From positions 603 through 64,602 of the forward strand of contig JBLHWO010000001.1 in the NCBI GenBank assembly GCA_047629215.1: DNA of 64,000 nt, read 5' to 3'. Position numbers and translations under genes: made by a program. Shown here piece after piece: positions 20,890 to 30,459 of the stretch. The stretch comes from Cellvibrionaceae bacterium. GTDB taxonomy: Bacteria; Pseudomonadota; Gammaproteobacteria; Pseudomonadales; Cellvibrionaceae. Position 1 is the first letter of the stretch; each line of letters starts with the position of its first letter. Below the pieces are notes generated by a model, which worked only from the letters and a program-made list of their open reading frames with translations, did no database searches and was not told the DNA's origin.

Positions 20890-21000
20890 ACAGCCTCTGT
20901 GCTCTAACTCAAAGTAGGTTTGGAAGCAGGTTTTTAATTTCGGCCCGTAAACTGTATGATACGCTCCTTAAACACCCGTACTCTATAGTAGTTTCTTAAT

Positions 21001-21735
21001 ATGCCTGAAAATACTGAGCCAAAAATTCTGGCAATTGATACCTCCAGTGATGTTTGTTCCGTTGCATTGACCAACGCCGGCCTTATAAAGGAGGAAACAG
21101 TTGTTGCCGCTAGAGAGCATACTCAGCGCCTTTTGCCTATGGTTGATTCAGTATTGTCTCAATCTGGTATTTGCCTTAAAGATTTAGATGCGATTGCGGT
21201 TGCTAATGGGCCGGGTTCATTCACAGGCTTACGTATTGGTTTGAGTATTGCTCAAGGTTTATGCTACGGAGCAGACTTACCTTTAATACCTGTGTCGACT
21301 CTAGCGGCGATGGCTAGTTCTGTTGTCCGTAAAGGCAGCGTCAATGATGAACACGTCATTGTTTCGGCAATTGACGCCCGTATGAACGAGATTTATTGGT
21401 CGGCTTATCATTTAGGTATTGATAAAGTAAGCACCAATAGAGCTATTCAGCTTATCGATGCAGAAAAGGTTAGCTCACCTGTAGAATGTTACCAATATTG
21501 CCAGTCACTTAAGAGTGACAATGTTATTGCTGTCGGCTCTGGGTGGCGTTATGCACTTTCTGAAAGTCATATCGTATTCAAGACTAATACAGAGTTTTAC
21601 TCGACAGCTTATGATGTTGCTGAATTGGCACTAGCAGCCTTCGCCCGAGGACAAGTAATTGATCCTATGCATGCTCAGCCAACTTACCTACGAAATGAAA
21701 TTACGTGGCAAAAACGGCGGCGTATACGTTCTTAA
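21001..21735 (+). CDS. tsaB: tRNA t6A37 biosynthesis protein TsaB
   Basis: 244 aa. ILAIDTSSDVCSVAL and GPGSFTGLRIG are typical of TsaB/YeaZ. Confidence 0.88.
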   Translation: MPENTEPKILAIDTSSDVCSVALTNAGLIKEETVVAAREHTQRLLPMVDSVLSQSGICLKDLDAIAVANGPGSFTGLRIGLSIAQGLCYGADLPLIPVSTLAAMASSVVRKGSVNDEHVIVSAIDARMNEIYWSAYHLGIDKVSTNRAIQLIDAEKVSSPVECYQYCQSLKSDNVIAVGSGWRYALSESHIVFKTNTEFYSTAYDVAELALAAFARGQVIDPMHAQPTYLRNEITWQKRRRIRS

Positions 21736-21814
21736 TGATATAGAGCTAAGTAAATATTGTAGTGGTCTTTGACAACACTTATTAATTTAATTTTAGCAGA
21801 GAGATAAAGTTTTA

Positions 21815-22627
21815 ATGGAATTACTGCACATAGTTGTTCTAGCTATTATTCAAGGTATTACGGAATTTTTACCTATTTCTAGCTCTGGCCATTTATTATT
21901 ACCAAAAGAATTGTTGGGGTGGCCTGAGCAAGGTTTAGCGTTTGATGTTGCGGTTCATGTCGGCACATTAGCCGCAGTCGTTACTTATTTTCGCCAAGAT
22001 ATTATCGATATTGTTTCATCTTGGGCCTTAAGTTTAACGGGAGCCTCATTGACACAAGCACAAACTGATAAGACTCGCATTGCCTGGTACATCGCACTAG
22101 CTACTATTCCGGCAGGTATTGCGGGCTTATTATTTGATAGCTTTATCGAGGCAAATTTAAGAACAACTCTGGTGATTGCCACAACGACAATACTTTTTGG
22201 TGTTTTGCTTGGCTTTGCCGATCGTGGTGCAAATAATAAATCAAAAGATCTTGCTCAGATGACGATCACTATTGCTCTTATTATTGGTTGCGCTCAAGCT
22301 CTGGCTTTAATTCCGGGGACATCCCGTTCAGGCATTACGATTACAGCAGCTTTATTTTGTGGTCTAGCAAGAGAGCCTGCCGCTCGCTTCTCTTTTTTAA
22401 TCGCCATTCCGATTATTTTACTAAGCGGAGGTTATAAAACATTACAATTGCTGAGCTTACCTTCGGTTAATTGGGGAGACCTATTGTTGGGTGTTGTCTT
22501 ATCAGCAATCAGTGCGTTTATTTGTATCCATTACTTTCTTAAATTTATTAGTCGAATCGGTATGATGCCATTTGTCACTTATCGATTATTGTTAGGTGGA
22601 TTGTTATTGTTATGGGTCTTTGTGTAA
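21815..22627 (+). CDS. uppP: Undecaprenyl-diphosphate phosphatase
   Basis: 270 aa polytopic membrane protein. QGITEFLPISSSGHL and PGTSRSGITI are the BacA/UppP signatures. Confidence 0.92.
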   Translation: MELLHIVVLAIIQGITEFLPISSSGHLLLPKELLGWPEQGLAFDVAVHVGTLAAVVTYFRQDIIDIVSSWALSLTGASLTQAQTDKTRIAWYIALATIPAGIAGLLFDSFIEANLRTTLVIATTTILFGVLLGFADRGANNKSKDLAQMTITIALIIGCAQALALIPGTSRSGITITAALFCGLAREPAARFSFLIAIPIILLSGGYKTLQLLSLPSVNWGDLLLGVVLSAISAFICIHYFLKFISRIGMMPFVTYRLLLGGLLLLWVFV

Positions 22628-22648
22628 CACTTTAGAGAGCACATATTA

Positions 22649-23947
22649 ATGAGTAAAGAATTAGATAGTAGATCGCTTACCAATGGACTACTAACGTTTT
22701 TAGGACAGTCACCAACGCCTTTTCATGCCGTCGCAACGATGACTAAGCATTTATTGGATTCTGGTTTTGAAAAATTAAATGAAGCAGATCAATGGAGTTT
22801 GACAAGCGGCAAAGGATATTTTTTGACTCGCAATGATTCATCCATCATTGCATTTAGATATTTGCCTGAGCTTATGCAAGATCAGGGCATTGCTATGTTA
22901 GGTGCCCATACCGATAGCCCTTGCTTAAAAGTGAAGCCCAACCCGGATAAAAATAGTCATGGTTATTGGCAGTTAGGTGTTGAAACTTATGGTGGTGTTT
23001 TGTTGAACCCATGGTTTGATCGAGATCTATCTATTGCGGGTCGAGTGACCTACCTTAATACTCAGGAACAGTTATCCTCTTGTCTTATTGATTTTGTAAA
23101 GCCGATAGCGGTTATTCCAAGTCTAGCTATTCATCTCAATCGAGAGGCCAATACCCAAAATAAAATTAACGCTCAAACCCACTTGCCGCCGATACTAGCT
23201 CAGGTGGGTAAGTGTCATAACAATGATTTCAGGCAATGTTTACAGGAACAAATAGCATCAGAAGGTATTAGTAATTGTAAGAAAGTACTCGATTACGACC
23301 TTTGTTTTTACGACACTCAAGCGCCTGCGATTATTGGTTTCAATGAAGACTTTGTTGCATCCGCGCGTTTAGATAATTTATTAAGTTGTTACCTTGGTTT
23401 ACAGGCTTTGCTGACGTCAGATAAAAACAAACCAGCGTTGCTTGTTTGTAATGATCACGAAGAAGTGGGTAGCGCTTCCGCCTGTGGAGCTCAAGGGCCG
23501 ATGCTAGCGCAGTGTTTACAACGACTGTTTCCTGATCATGAAACACGACTTCGTCTTATTGATCGTTCTATGATGATTTCGATTGATAACGCGCATGGTA
23601 TACACCCCAACTATGCTGATATGCACGACAGCCAGCATGGGCCCATTTTGAATAAAGGCCCTGTGATCAAAGTCAACGCAAACCAGCGTTATGCCACCAA
23701 TAGCGAAACCAGTAGCGCGTTTAAATATTTCTGTGACTTGGCCGATGTTCCGGTGCAAGAATTTGTGACTCGTAGTGATTTAGGCTGTGGAAGTACGATA
23801 GGCCCGATTACAGCAACGGAAATAGGGGTTAAAACAGTTGATATTGGTTTGCCCACTTTTGCGATGCATTCTATCCGTGAGTTAGCGGGGTCTAAAGATA
23901 GTCAGCTCTTGCTCGCAGTGTTGTGCGAGTTCATAGCGTCCCGTTAA
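22649..23947 (+). CDS. apeB: M18 family aminopeptidase
   Basis: 432 aa. [28 protein letters not shown] and FAMHSIRE are typical of M18 aspartyl aminopeptidase-like enzymes. Confidence 0.85.
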   Translation: MSKELDSRSLTNGLLTFLGQSPTPFHAVATMTKHLLDSGFEKLNEADQWSLTSGKGYFLTRNDSSIIAFRYLPELMQDQGIAMLGAHTDSPCLKVKPNPDKNSHGYWQLGVETYGGVLLNPWFDRDLSIAGRVTYLNTQEQLSSCLIDFVKPIAVIPSLAIHLNREANTQNKINAQTHLPPILAQVGKCHNNDFRQCLQEQIASEGISNCKKVLDYDLCFYDTQAPAIIGFNEDFVASARLDNLLSCYLGLQALLTSDKNKPALLVCNDHEEVGSASACGAQGPMLAQCLQRLFPDHETRLRLIDRSMMISIDNAHGIHPNYADMHDSQHGPILNKGPVIKVNANQRYATNSETSSAFKYFCDLADVPVQEFVTRSDLGCGSTIGPITATEIGVKTVDIGLPTFAMHSIRELAGSKDSQLLLAVLCEFIASR

Positions 23948-23986
23948 TTACGATTAATTTTATAGTATTTATTTTTAGGAATTTTC

Positions 23987-25000
23987 ATGTCATCAGTAGA
24001 ACAGCGTGTCTTAACGGGAATCACAACAACCGGCACTCCCCATTTAGGTAATTATGTCGGCGCTATTCGGCCTGCGATTGAATCAAGTCGCCAAGCGGGT
24101 ACGCAGTCATTTTACTTTTTGGCTGACTTTCACGCCTTAATTAAATCCCGTGATCCTGCTCAGGTTCATCAATCAGGTTTAGAGATAGCGGCGACCTGGT
24201 TGGCGTTAGGCTTAGATACGGATAATGCCGTTTTTTATCGTCAGTCAGATGTTCAAGAAATCCCTGAACTATGCTGGTTGCTAACCTGCATGGCGGCGAA
24301 AGGCCTAATGAATCGAGCTCATGCTTATAAAGCAGCCCTACAGGCGAATGAAGAGGCCGGCGAAGATCCTGATTTTGGTGTTGCTATGGGCTTGTATAGC
24401 TACCCCATATTAATGGCTGCCGACATCTTAATATTTAATGCGAATCAGGTTCCTGTCGGCAAAGATCAAATTCAACATGTTGAAATGGCCCGCGATATTG
24501 CCGGTCGCTTCAACCATCATTATGGTGAACATTTTGTTTTACCTGAAGCAAAAGTGGATGATCATGTGGCTGTATTGCAAGGTTTAGACGGCCGCAAAAT
24601 GAGTAAAAGTTACAATAATACCATTCCCTTATTTTTGCCAGAAAAACAGCTAAAAAGGCATATCAACAAGATTAAAACTAACCTGTTGGAGCCAGGTGAA
24701 CCTAAAGCTCCTGACACATCGACCGTTTTTCAGATTTGGCAGGCTTTTGCTACAGCAGAGCAAACCGCTGAAATGCGCCAAGCCTTTATCGACGGCATTG
24801 CCTGGGGTGAAGCCAAGAAAAAATTATTTGAATTGGTTAATAATGAAGTTTCGGAGGCACGTGAGCGTTACCATGACTTGTTAGTGAATCCAGCGTATAT
24901 AGAAGAAGTATTACAGCAAGGCGCAGCAAAAGCGAGAGCGTATGCAAGCCCTATGCTAGCCAAATTACGAAAGGCTGTGGGTATCTATCCTTTTAGTTAA
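23987..25000 (+). CDS. trpS: Tryptophan--tRNA ligase
   Basis: 337 aa class I aaRS with a HIGH-type motif (TGTPHLGNY), KMSKS and GKDQIQHVE. Confidence 0.9.
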   Translation: MSSVEQRVLTGITTTGTPHLGNYVGAIRPAIESSRQAGTQSFYFLADFHALIKSRDPAQVHQSGLEIAATWLALGLDTDNAVFYRQSDVQEIPELCWLLTCMAAKGLMNRAHAYKAALQANEEAGEDPDFGVAMGLYSYPILMAADILIFNANQVPVGKDQIQHVEMARDIAGRFNHHYGEHFVLPEAKVDDHVAVLQGLDGRKMSKSYNNTIPLFLPEKQLKRHINKIKTNLLEPGEPKAPDTSTVFQIWQAFATAEQTAEMRQAFIDGIAWGEAKKKLFELVNNEVSEARERYHDLLVNPAYIEEVLQQGAAKARAYASPMLAKLRKAVGIYPFS

Positions 25001-25020
25001 AATTTTTTGAGTCAAGTCGC

Positions 25021-25107
25021 TGAAAAATGAGGTCAGAGTAAATTTTTTTCTCATTGATAGCGCTATCCACTTACATAAAGAAAATTTTACTCCGGCCCCA
25101 TTTTTCA
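25021..25107. repeat. 87-bp inverted-repeat element (MITE-like) 20 bp after the trpS stop
   Basis: The arms TGAAAAATGAGGTCAGAGTAAATTTT and AAAATTTTACTCCGGCCCCATTTTTCA match at about 24 of 28 positions when reverse-complemented. Confidence 0.5.
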
Positions 25108-25212
25108 ATTTTTGTCTATAAGTAAAGTTAATCGATTATATTAAATATTTTAATTTTGCTATGGCTAAAGTAGCCCTCATAATTGACCCAGTTAATTTAT
25201 CGGAGTGTTGTA

Positions 25213-25458
25213 GTGCAACGTTTTACTGTTTTTGGTCGCCCAGATTGTGGTTTTTGTGTTCGCGCTAAACAGTTGCTCGAAACAAAAGAATACGAGTTCC
25301 GCTGGATCGATATCAATGCTGAAGGAATTAGTAAGGCTGATTTAGAAAAGACCATAGGTAAACCGGTGGAAACCGTTCCGCAAATTTTTTATGGTCAAGA
25401 GCATATAGGTGGTTTTACTGAATTAAATGAATATGTAAAGGGCTTAGGCGCTGCTTAA
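25213..25458 (+). CDS. grxA: Glutaredoxin 1-like (GrxA)
   Basis: FGRPDCGFCVRAKQLL (CxxC), GKPVETVPQIF and HIGGFTEL are co-linear with E. coli Grx1. I placed the start at the GTG at 25213, which has GGAG 7 nt upstream, rather than the TTG at 25183. Confidence 0.85.
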   Translation: MQRFTVFGRPDCGFCVRAKQLLETKEYEFRWIDINAEGISKADLEKTIGKPVETVPQIFYGQEHIGGFTELNEYVKGLGAA

Positions 25459-25459
25459 G

Positions 25460-25592
25460 GACATCTCTAAAATATACTTTTCGTCCGATAACGCGTCAGT
25501 TCCGTGCCCAAATCCTCATTTACCCCGTGTAAACTACGATTCTCCATGCGGGACTTCCTGCCACCGAAAAAATCACTCTTTTTAGAGCTGCC
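25460..25592. mobile_element. MITE-like element (family B relative) flanked by CTTAAG on both sides
   Basis: The left end GACATCTCTAAAATATAC and right end CACTCTTTTTAGAGCTGCC are inverted. CTTAAG occurs at 25454-25459 and 25593-25598. The left 50 bp resemble the reverse complement of 26878-27037. The grxA stop codon lies inside the left CTTAAG. Confidence 0.6.
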
Positions 25593-25626
25593 CTTAAGTT
25601 ATTTGAATATTATCAAATAGACCAAC

Positions 25627-25653
25627 AAAAAAAACCGAAGAAAATACCTCGGC
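25627..25653 (-). terminator. Rho-independent terminator for the DAHP synthase gene
   Basis: On the minus strand, CCGAGG-TATTTT-CTTCGG (6-bp stem with one G-U pair) is followed by TTTTTTTT. Confidence 0.6.
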
Positions 25654-25684
25654 TTTTTTAGTGTTGTGGGTAATATTCTAAAAC

Positions 25685-26752
25685 TTATCGTGTGGCTAAC
25701 ACCTGTTTCAGTTTTTCATCCATTGCCAGTAAGGCTGTTTCAGTGGTTTCCCAATCGATACATTTATCGGTAATAGACACCCCATATTGCATTTCAGAAA
25801 TATCTTTCAACATTTTCTGGTTGCCTGCACCAATATTACTTTCTACCATTAAACCAATGATAGAATCGTTACCTTCAATAATTTGGTTCGTAATATTTTC
25901 GAGAACCAGAGGCTGTAACTCATGATTTTTATTGGAGTTTTCGTGGCTACAATCAACCATAATATTGGCGTTCATGCCATGCTTACTAAGTTCTTGCTCG
26001 CATAATGCAACGCTAACGGAGTCGTAATTAGGTTTCCCGCCGCCGCCTCGAAGTACAACATGAGCATTGGGGTTACCATTGGTTCGAATCACTGCTACTC
26101 GGCCTTCGTCGTTGATACCTAAAAAATGGTGTGAACTTGATACGGATTGCATCGCATTTACCGCGACAGTCAAACTGCCGTCGGTACCATTTTTAAAGCC
26201 AACCGCACAAGAAAGGCCGCTAGCCATTTCGCGGTGAGTTTGAGACTCTGTCGTGCGAGCACCAATAGCAGACCATGAAATAAGGTCATGTAGGTATTGA
26301 GGTGAGATTGGATCTAGCGCTTCAGTTGCCGTAGGCAAGCCTAATTCAGCAATGTCAAGCAGTAATTTACGTCCAATATGCAGGCCTTCTTCAATATTGA
26401 AGGAGCCATTCAAGTGAGGGTCATTTATTAACCCTTTCCAGCCAACGGTTGTTCGCGGTTTTTCAAAATACACTCGCATCACAATCGCAATACTATCTTT
26501 CACTTTGTCCGATAGTGTCTTTAAGCGCTGGGCATAATCCATTGCTGCATCGACATCGTGTATCGAACATGGACCTATAACAATAATTAAACGTTTGTCT
26601 TTACGATTTAGAATATCATTAACCGTTTGTCGACCAGCCAAAATAGTGGCTTTTGCTTTTTCAGTAATGGGTAACATGGATTTTAGTTCTTCAGGAGAAA
26701 TTAAAACATCCTGAGATGCTAGGTTTAGGTTTTCGATAGCTGAATGTGACAT
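25685..26752 (-). CDS. aroG: 3-deoxy-7-phosphoheptulonate (DAHP) synthase, class I (AroF/G/H type); the isozyme cannot be assigned from sequence alone
   Basis: 355 aa. IGPCSIHD, MRVYFEKPRTTVGWKGLINDP, GARTTESQ and GLSCAVGFKNGTDG are co-linear with E. coli AroG. Confidence 0.93.
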   Translation of the reverse strand: MSHSAIENLNLASQDVLISPEELKSMLPITEKAKATILAGRQTVNDILNRKDKRLIIVIGPCSIHDVDAAMDYAQRLKTLSDKVKDSIAIVMRVYFEKPRTTVGWKGLINDPHLNGSFNIEEGLHIGRKLLLDIAELGLPTATEALDPISPQYLHDLISWSAIGARTTESQTHREMASGLSCAVGFKNGTDGSLTVAVNAMQSVSSSHHFLGINDEGRVAVIRTNGNPNAHVVLRGGGGKPNYDSVSVALCEQELSKHGMNANIMVDCSHENSNKNHELQPLVLENITNQIIEGNDSIIGLMVESNIGAGNQKMLKDISEMQYGVSITDKCIDWETTETALLAMDEKLKQVLATR

Positions 26753-26877
26753 GATAATGTTTTAGTTCGTTTGGTATTATATTTAAGTTAATTTTACAGG
26801 GCTGCCATTGTACTGTAATTTTGTTATTAAGAATATTGCTTGTAGTATTGAATTGGTTAGTCTTGATTTTAAATGAT

Positions 26878-27037
26878 GGGGACTTCTAAAAATAGTAATT
26901 TTTTACCGTCAAGCGGCACCGAGGTCGTGAGAGTAGCAAGAGTAGGCGCTCCGAAGCGAATGCCCCCTTTGCGTTAACTTGGGTAGGCACGGAGTTGACG
27001 CCGCGATCGTGGAATAAGTGCATTTTTAGAGGTGCCC
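26878..27037. mobile_element. MITE-like element, family B (160 bp)
   Basis: The TIRs are GGGGACTTCTAAAAAT and ATTTTTAGAGGTGCCC. TGAT is present on both flanks (26874-26877 and 27038-27041). A shorter copy in reverse orientation lies at 53886-53978. The element carries the module CCGTCAAGCGGCACCGAGG, which is shared with family A. Confidence 0.7.
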
Positions 27038-27058
27038 TGATGAGAATAAGAGTGGAGA

Positions 27059-27883
27059 ATGGGTTTGGGTGAAATAAGTCAGTTATTACCGGTGATTATC
27101 GGTTTAGTCACGGCGGGAATGCTGGCAGGAACGTTGGCCGGCTTGCTGGGTGTTGGCGGAGGTATTATCAACGTGCCGGTACTGTATTTTTTATTTCAAT
27201 ACTTTGGTGTTGAGGCCAGTAATGCGATGTTAATTGCTACAGGCACGTCTTTAGCAACAATTATCCCAACATCGATTTCATCTATCCGCTCTCATAATAA
27301 ACGCGACAACATCGATTGGTCGCTAATTAAGCGGTGGTTGATTTTTATAGTCGCTGGAGTGCTTTCGGGCAGTGCATTGGTAACGGTACTTGATGGCCGA
27401 TACTTTACGATGATATTTGCATTTATTGCCTTATTTATGTCATTCAATTTGTATTTTAGAAGTCAAAGCGCTGCGCTATTTGAGCATTTTCCCGCAATGC
27501 CTTGGCAGGGCTTGCTGGGTTCTATTATTGGTTTCTTCTCAGTGATGGTCGGTATCGGCGGTGGTACCTTAGGGGTCTCTATATTGACTGCATTTAATGT
27601 GGCTATGCATCGTGCGGTTGGCACATCAGCAGCATTTGGTTTACTGATTTCACTGCCAGGCGCCTTAGTACTGTTTTTATTTGCTGAGACGCCAGTTGAC
27701 GCTCCGATAGGAACCTTTGGCTACATCAACGCTTCAGTTCTGTTGGCTCTTATCCCTCTAAGTGTTTTATTTGCGCCTGTTGGGGTGTGGTTAGGTTCTC
27801 GTTTAGATGGGGCTAAATTAAAGAAAATATTCGCGGTGTTATTGGCTATTACTGCGCTACGGATGGTGTGGCAGTTACTCTAA
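27059..27883 (+). CDS. TauE/SafE family sulfite/anion exporter
   Basis: 274 aa polytopic membrane protein with the duplicated motif GLLGVGGG / VMVGIGGG typical of TauE/SafE (DUF81). Confidence 0.8.
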   Translation: MGLGEISQLLPVIIGLVTAGMLAGTLAGLLGVGGGIINVPVLYFLFQYFGVEASNAMLIATGTSLATIIPTSISSIRSHNKRDNIDWSLIKRWLIFIVAGVLSGSALVTVLDGRYFTMIFAFIALFMSFNLYFRSQSAALFEHFPAMPWQGLLGSIIGFFSVMVGIGGGTLGVSILTAFNVAMHRAVGTSAAFGLLISLPGALVLFLFAETPVDAPIGTFGYINASVLLALIPLSVLFAPVGVWLGSRLDGAKLKKIFAVLLAITALRMVWQLL

Positions 27884-27899
27884 ATATGAATAATTTTTA

Positions 27900-28288
27900 G
27901 AGACCTTTGCACGAAAGCCATTTTACTTTCATGCGGGTTTACCCCCGAGGCGGCGCCGAGGAAAAATGGTCTCAATCGGTCATTTACCTCGGTGCCGCTT
28001 GACGGTACAACACATAAACTCCCTCTTTTGGCCAGCACCTTGACCTCCACGGATTGAGGGAATACAAGTAGATTGTTTGGAGCAATCTTTGCTCATGGAG
28101 CTAGACCTTCGACCAGCAAAGCGGCCTAACTCTGTTCCTACAGATTTATCGTGCGTTTTTTACGTGACCTTTGGGGTATGCTTTTAGGCGCTCAAAAATT
28201 GCTCCTGCATTTTGGATGTAGCCTCCTTCCATGGAGGGTAAGGCATATCCCAAGGGCATCTAGAAATTATCTTCCGTGTGAAAGTCTC
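27900..28288. mobile_element. MITE-like element, family A (389 bp)
   Basis: The TIRs are GAGACCTTTGCACGAAAG and CTTCCGTGTGAAAGTCTC. TTTAG lies on both flanks. The first ~110 bp are co-linear with the copy at 36231-36481. There is no ORF. Confidence 0.75.
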
Positions 28289-28463
28289 TTTAGTTAGTAG
28301 CCAGTCTGGATGAAAATAGCGTCAGTTTAAAACATCTTTCCTGTGATTTTGCTCTTGTATTTTGATATCAACACATTGCAATTTAATTGCTATTATGTGT
28401 TTTGTGTATAACAATAATTAGATTGATTTATTAATAGAAAGCCTCTGGGAGGCAATAAATCCT

Positions 28464-29354
28464 ATGAATTTTAAACGCATAGAAGCTTTTTTTTGGGTAT
28501 CTAAATTATCGAGTTTTAGCAAAGCCGCTGAACAGCAGTGCACCACTCAACCTGCAATTTCATCGCGCATAGCAGTACTAGAAGAAGAGCTCGGGGTAAA
28601 ATTATTTCAGCGAGAGGGTAATAGTAAGGTATTTCTAACACCCAAAGGGCATGAGTTAATGCCCTATGCTGAGAAACTGGTTTATTTTGCCAAGGAATTT
28701 ACGAATGCAGCCAATAATGCTGCGGCTTATTCAGGTCTGTTGAGGCTGGGAGTATCCGAAACTATTGCTCATTCATGGCTTTCTTTTTTTCTCAAACGTT
28801 TTCAAGAAAATGTGCCAGGTGTCGCAATCGAGTTAACGGTTGATGTATCGGTCACGCTAGCTAAACAGCTCACCTCTGGTACGATTGATATTGCCTTCTT
28901 AGTCGGTCCACTATCTGATCCTGTTATCGTTAATGAGCACCTTGAAACAGTTCCTTTAATTTGGGTGGCGAGTCCCAAATTAAAAATAGGGAGCGATTAC
29001 AAACCATTATCTTTTTTATCGCAGTGGCCAATTATTACTTATGCGCGTAATACGACACCGTATAATGAAATTACGCGTGAATTTGCTAAATGCTCAGAGC
29101 GTCCTGCGCGCCTATTTGCCTCTAGCTCCTTGGCAGTTTGTCGTCAGTTGGTAATCGACGGTATGGGTGTATCCGCTTTGCCAGTAGATGTAATCAAGCC
29201 TAATCTCGATAATGGCAGCATGCATATTATCAATACCCACTGGCATCCATCATCCCTTACTTTTACAGCCTCTTATCCAATGACACCACATAAACCTGAG
29301 TTGCTATCCATGATTGCGCTGGTCCAAGCAGTCATTGAAGAGCATGTTGTATAG
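28464..29354 (+). CDS. LysR family transcriptional regulator
   Basis: 296 aa with an N-terminal wHTH (FSKAAEQQCTTQPAISSRIAVLEEELGVKLFQR) and a LysR substrate-binding domain. Confidence 0.88.
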   Translation: MNFKRIEAFFWVSKLSSFSKAAEQQCTTQPAISSRIAVLEEELGVKLFQREGNSKVFLTPKGHELMPYAEKLVYFAKEFTNAANNAAAYSGLLRLGVSETIAHSWLSFFLKRFQENVPGVAIELTVDVSVTLAKQLTSGTIDIAFLVGPLSDPVIVNEHLETVPLIWVASPKLKIGSDYKPLSFLSQWPIITYARNTTPYNEITREFAKCSERPARLFASSSLAVCRQLVIDGMGVSALPVDVIKPNLDNGSMHIINTHWHPSSLTFTASYPMTPHKPELLSMIALVQAVIEEHVV

Positions 29355-29541
29355 ATAATTAGGCTTTTCTATAAATAAAACTTATCTAATTCTAAAAAAA
29401 ATCATAATTTGAGTTTATTGACTCGTTTAAATACCATTATTCCATCGGTACCGACAATTAATAACAATAATCGAGAATAAAAATAATATATACGCCCATA
29501 GCGGCAGTCGTTGTTAAAATTGTAGTAGGAGGTAAAGTGAT

Positions 29542-30354
29542 TTGAATAATTTAGACAGTGTCAGAGCCGATATTAGAAAAGGCTATTTCCAAAAGAATAC
29601 CAGTGGCATTATGCCAAGCTTAGTTCAGGGCAATGTTGTTATTATGCCTAAATTGTGGGCTGATGAATTTATTGAGTTCTGTAAAAAAAACCCCACGCCA
29701 TGCCCTCTGATTGGTGTTTCTCCAGAGGGAAGTCCAAGTATTGCTGAGTTAGGCGATAACTTGGATATTCGAATAGATCTGCCCGAATATAATATCTTTA
29801 CAAGAGGCGAGCTGAGTGGGACTACAACAGATATTCTTAGCTACTGGCGCGATGATTCAGTTGCTATGGTACTAGGCTGCTCATTTTCATTTGAAAATGC
29901 CTTGCAATCAGCAGGCCTTGAGATAATAAATGTCTCCAACGGCACTAATGTATCGATGTATGATACATCGATACCCACTAAATCAACCCATCACTTCAAT
30001 TGTAATATGGTGGTATCGATGCGTCCGTTCAAAGAGCATCAGATTGACGAAGTAATTCTCATCACTAGCCAATACTCTAAAGCTCATGGTGCTCCAGTTC
30101 ATGTAGGCGACCCTGAGGCTATAGGCATAAAAGATATCAATAAGCCAGAATATGGCTCTCCTGTACCATTAGAAGATGATGATATTCCGGTTTTTTGGGG
30201 CTGCGGCGTCACTACGCAAGCAGCGATTAAAAATGCAAAATTACCATTAGTGATAACGCATGCACCAGGAAAAATGTTGATTACAGATTTCACCTATCCA
30301 GAATTAATGAGCCGGTCGTCATTTGCCGGTGAGCTATTACAGGTAAATTGTTAG
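29542..30354 (+). CDS. DUF1445/UPF0317 putative hydro-lyase (D-glutamate cyclase-like family)
   Basis: 270 aa. NPTPCPLIG, LGCSFSFE, VVSMRP, AHGAPVHVGDP, PVFWGCGVT and ITHAPGKMLITD match my memory of UPF0317 proteins. It uses a TTG start. Confidence 0.75.
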   Translation: MNNLDSVRADIRKGYFQKNTSGIMPSLVQGNVVIMPKLWADEFIEFCKKNPTPCPLIGVSPEGSPSIAELGDNLDIRIDLPEYNIFTRGELSGTTTDILSYWRDDSVAMVLGCSFSFENALQSAGLEIINVSNGTNVSMYDTSIPTKSTHHFNCNMVVSMRPFKEHQIDEVILITSQYSKAHGAPVHVGDPEAIGIKDINKPEYGSPVPLEDDDIPVFWGCGVTTQAAIKNAKLPLVITHAPGKMLITDFTYPELMSRSSFAGELLQVNC

Positions 30355-30459
30355 TTTCATCTTCAACTCTAGTTCTAGCTCTGCATAAAGTAAAACATGA
30401 AGTGAAAGAAGTGAAAATAGCACCAAAATAAATCAAAGACCATAAAAGAGGGTAATGCC

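Noticed and set aside
20732-20900. A possible Rsm/Csr-type sRNA (several GGA triplets), considered because of the GacS-like gene.
   Set aside because: Most of the GGA motifs lie in stems rather than loops. I found no TGTAAG-N6-CTTACA GacA box. The nearby CATTTACAGAATGTAATG has the half-sites in the wrong order and spacing. The region shares modules with dispersed repeats.
26760-26877. A TyrR-box-like TTTACA...TGTAAT upstream of the DAHP synthase gene.
   Set aside because: The half-site order and spacing do not fit TGTAAA-N6-TTTACA.
29440-29480. A LysR-type T-N11-A / ATTA-N7-TAAT dyad upstream of the DUF1445 gene.
   Set aside because: The region is extremely AT-rich, so such a dyad is expected by chance. 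There is no second supporting site.
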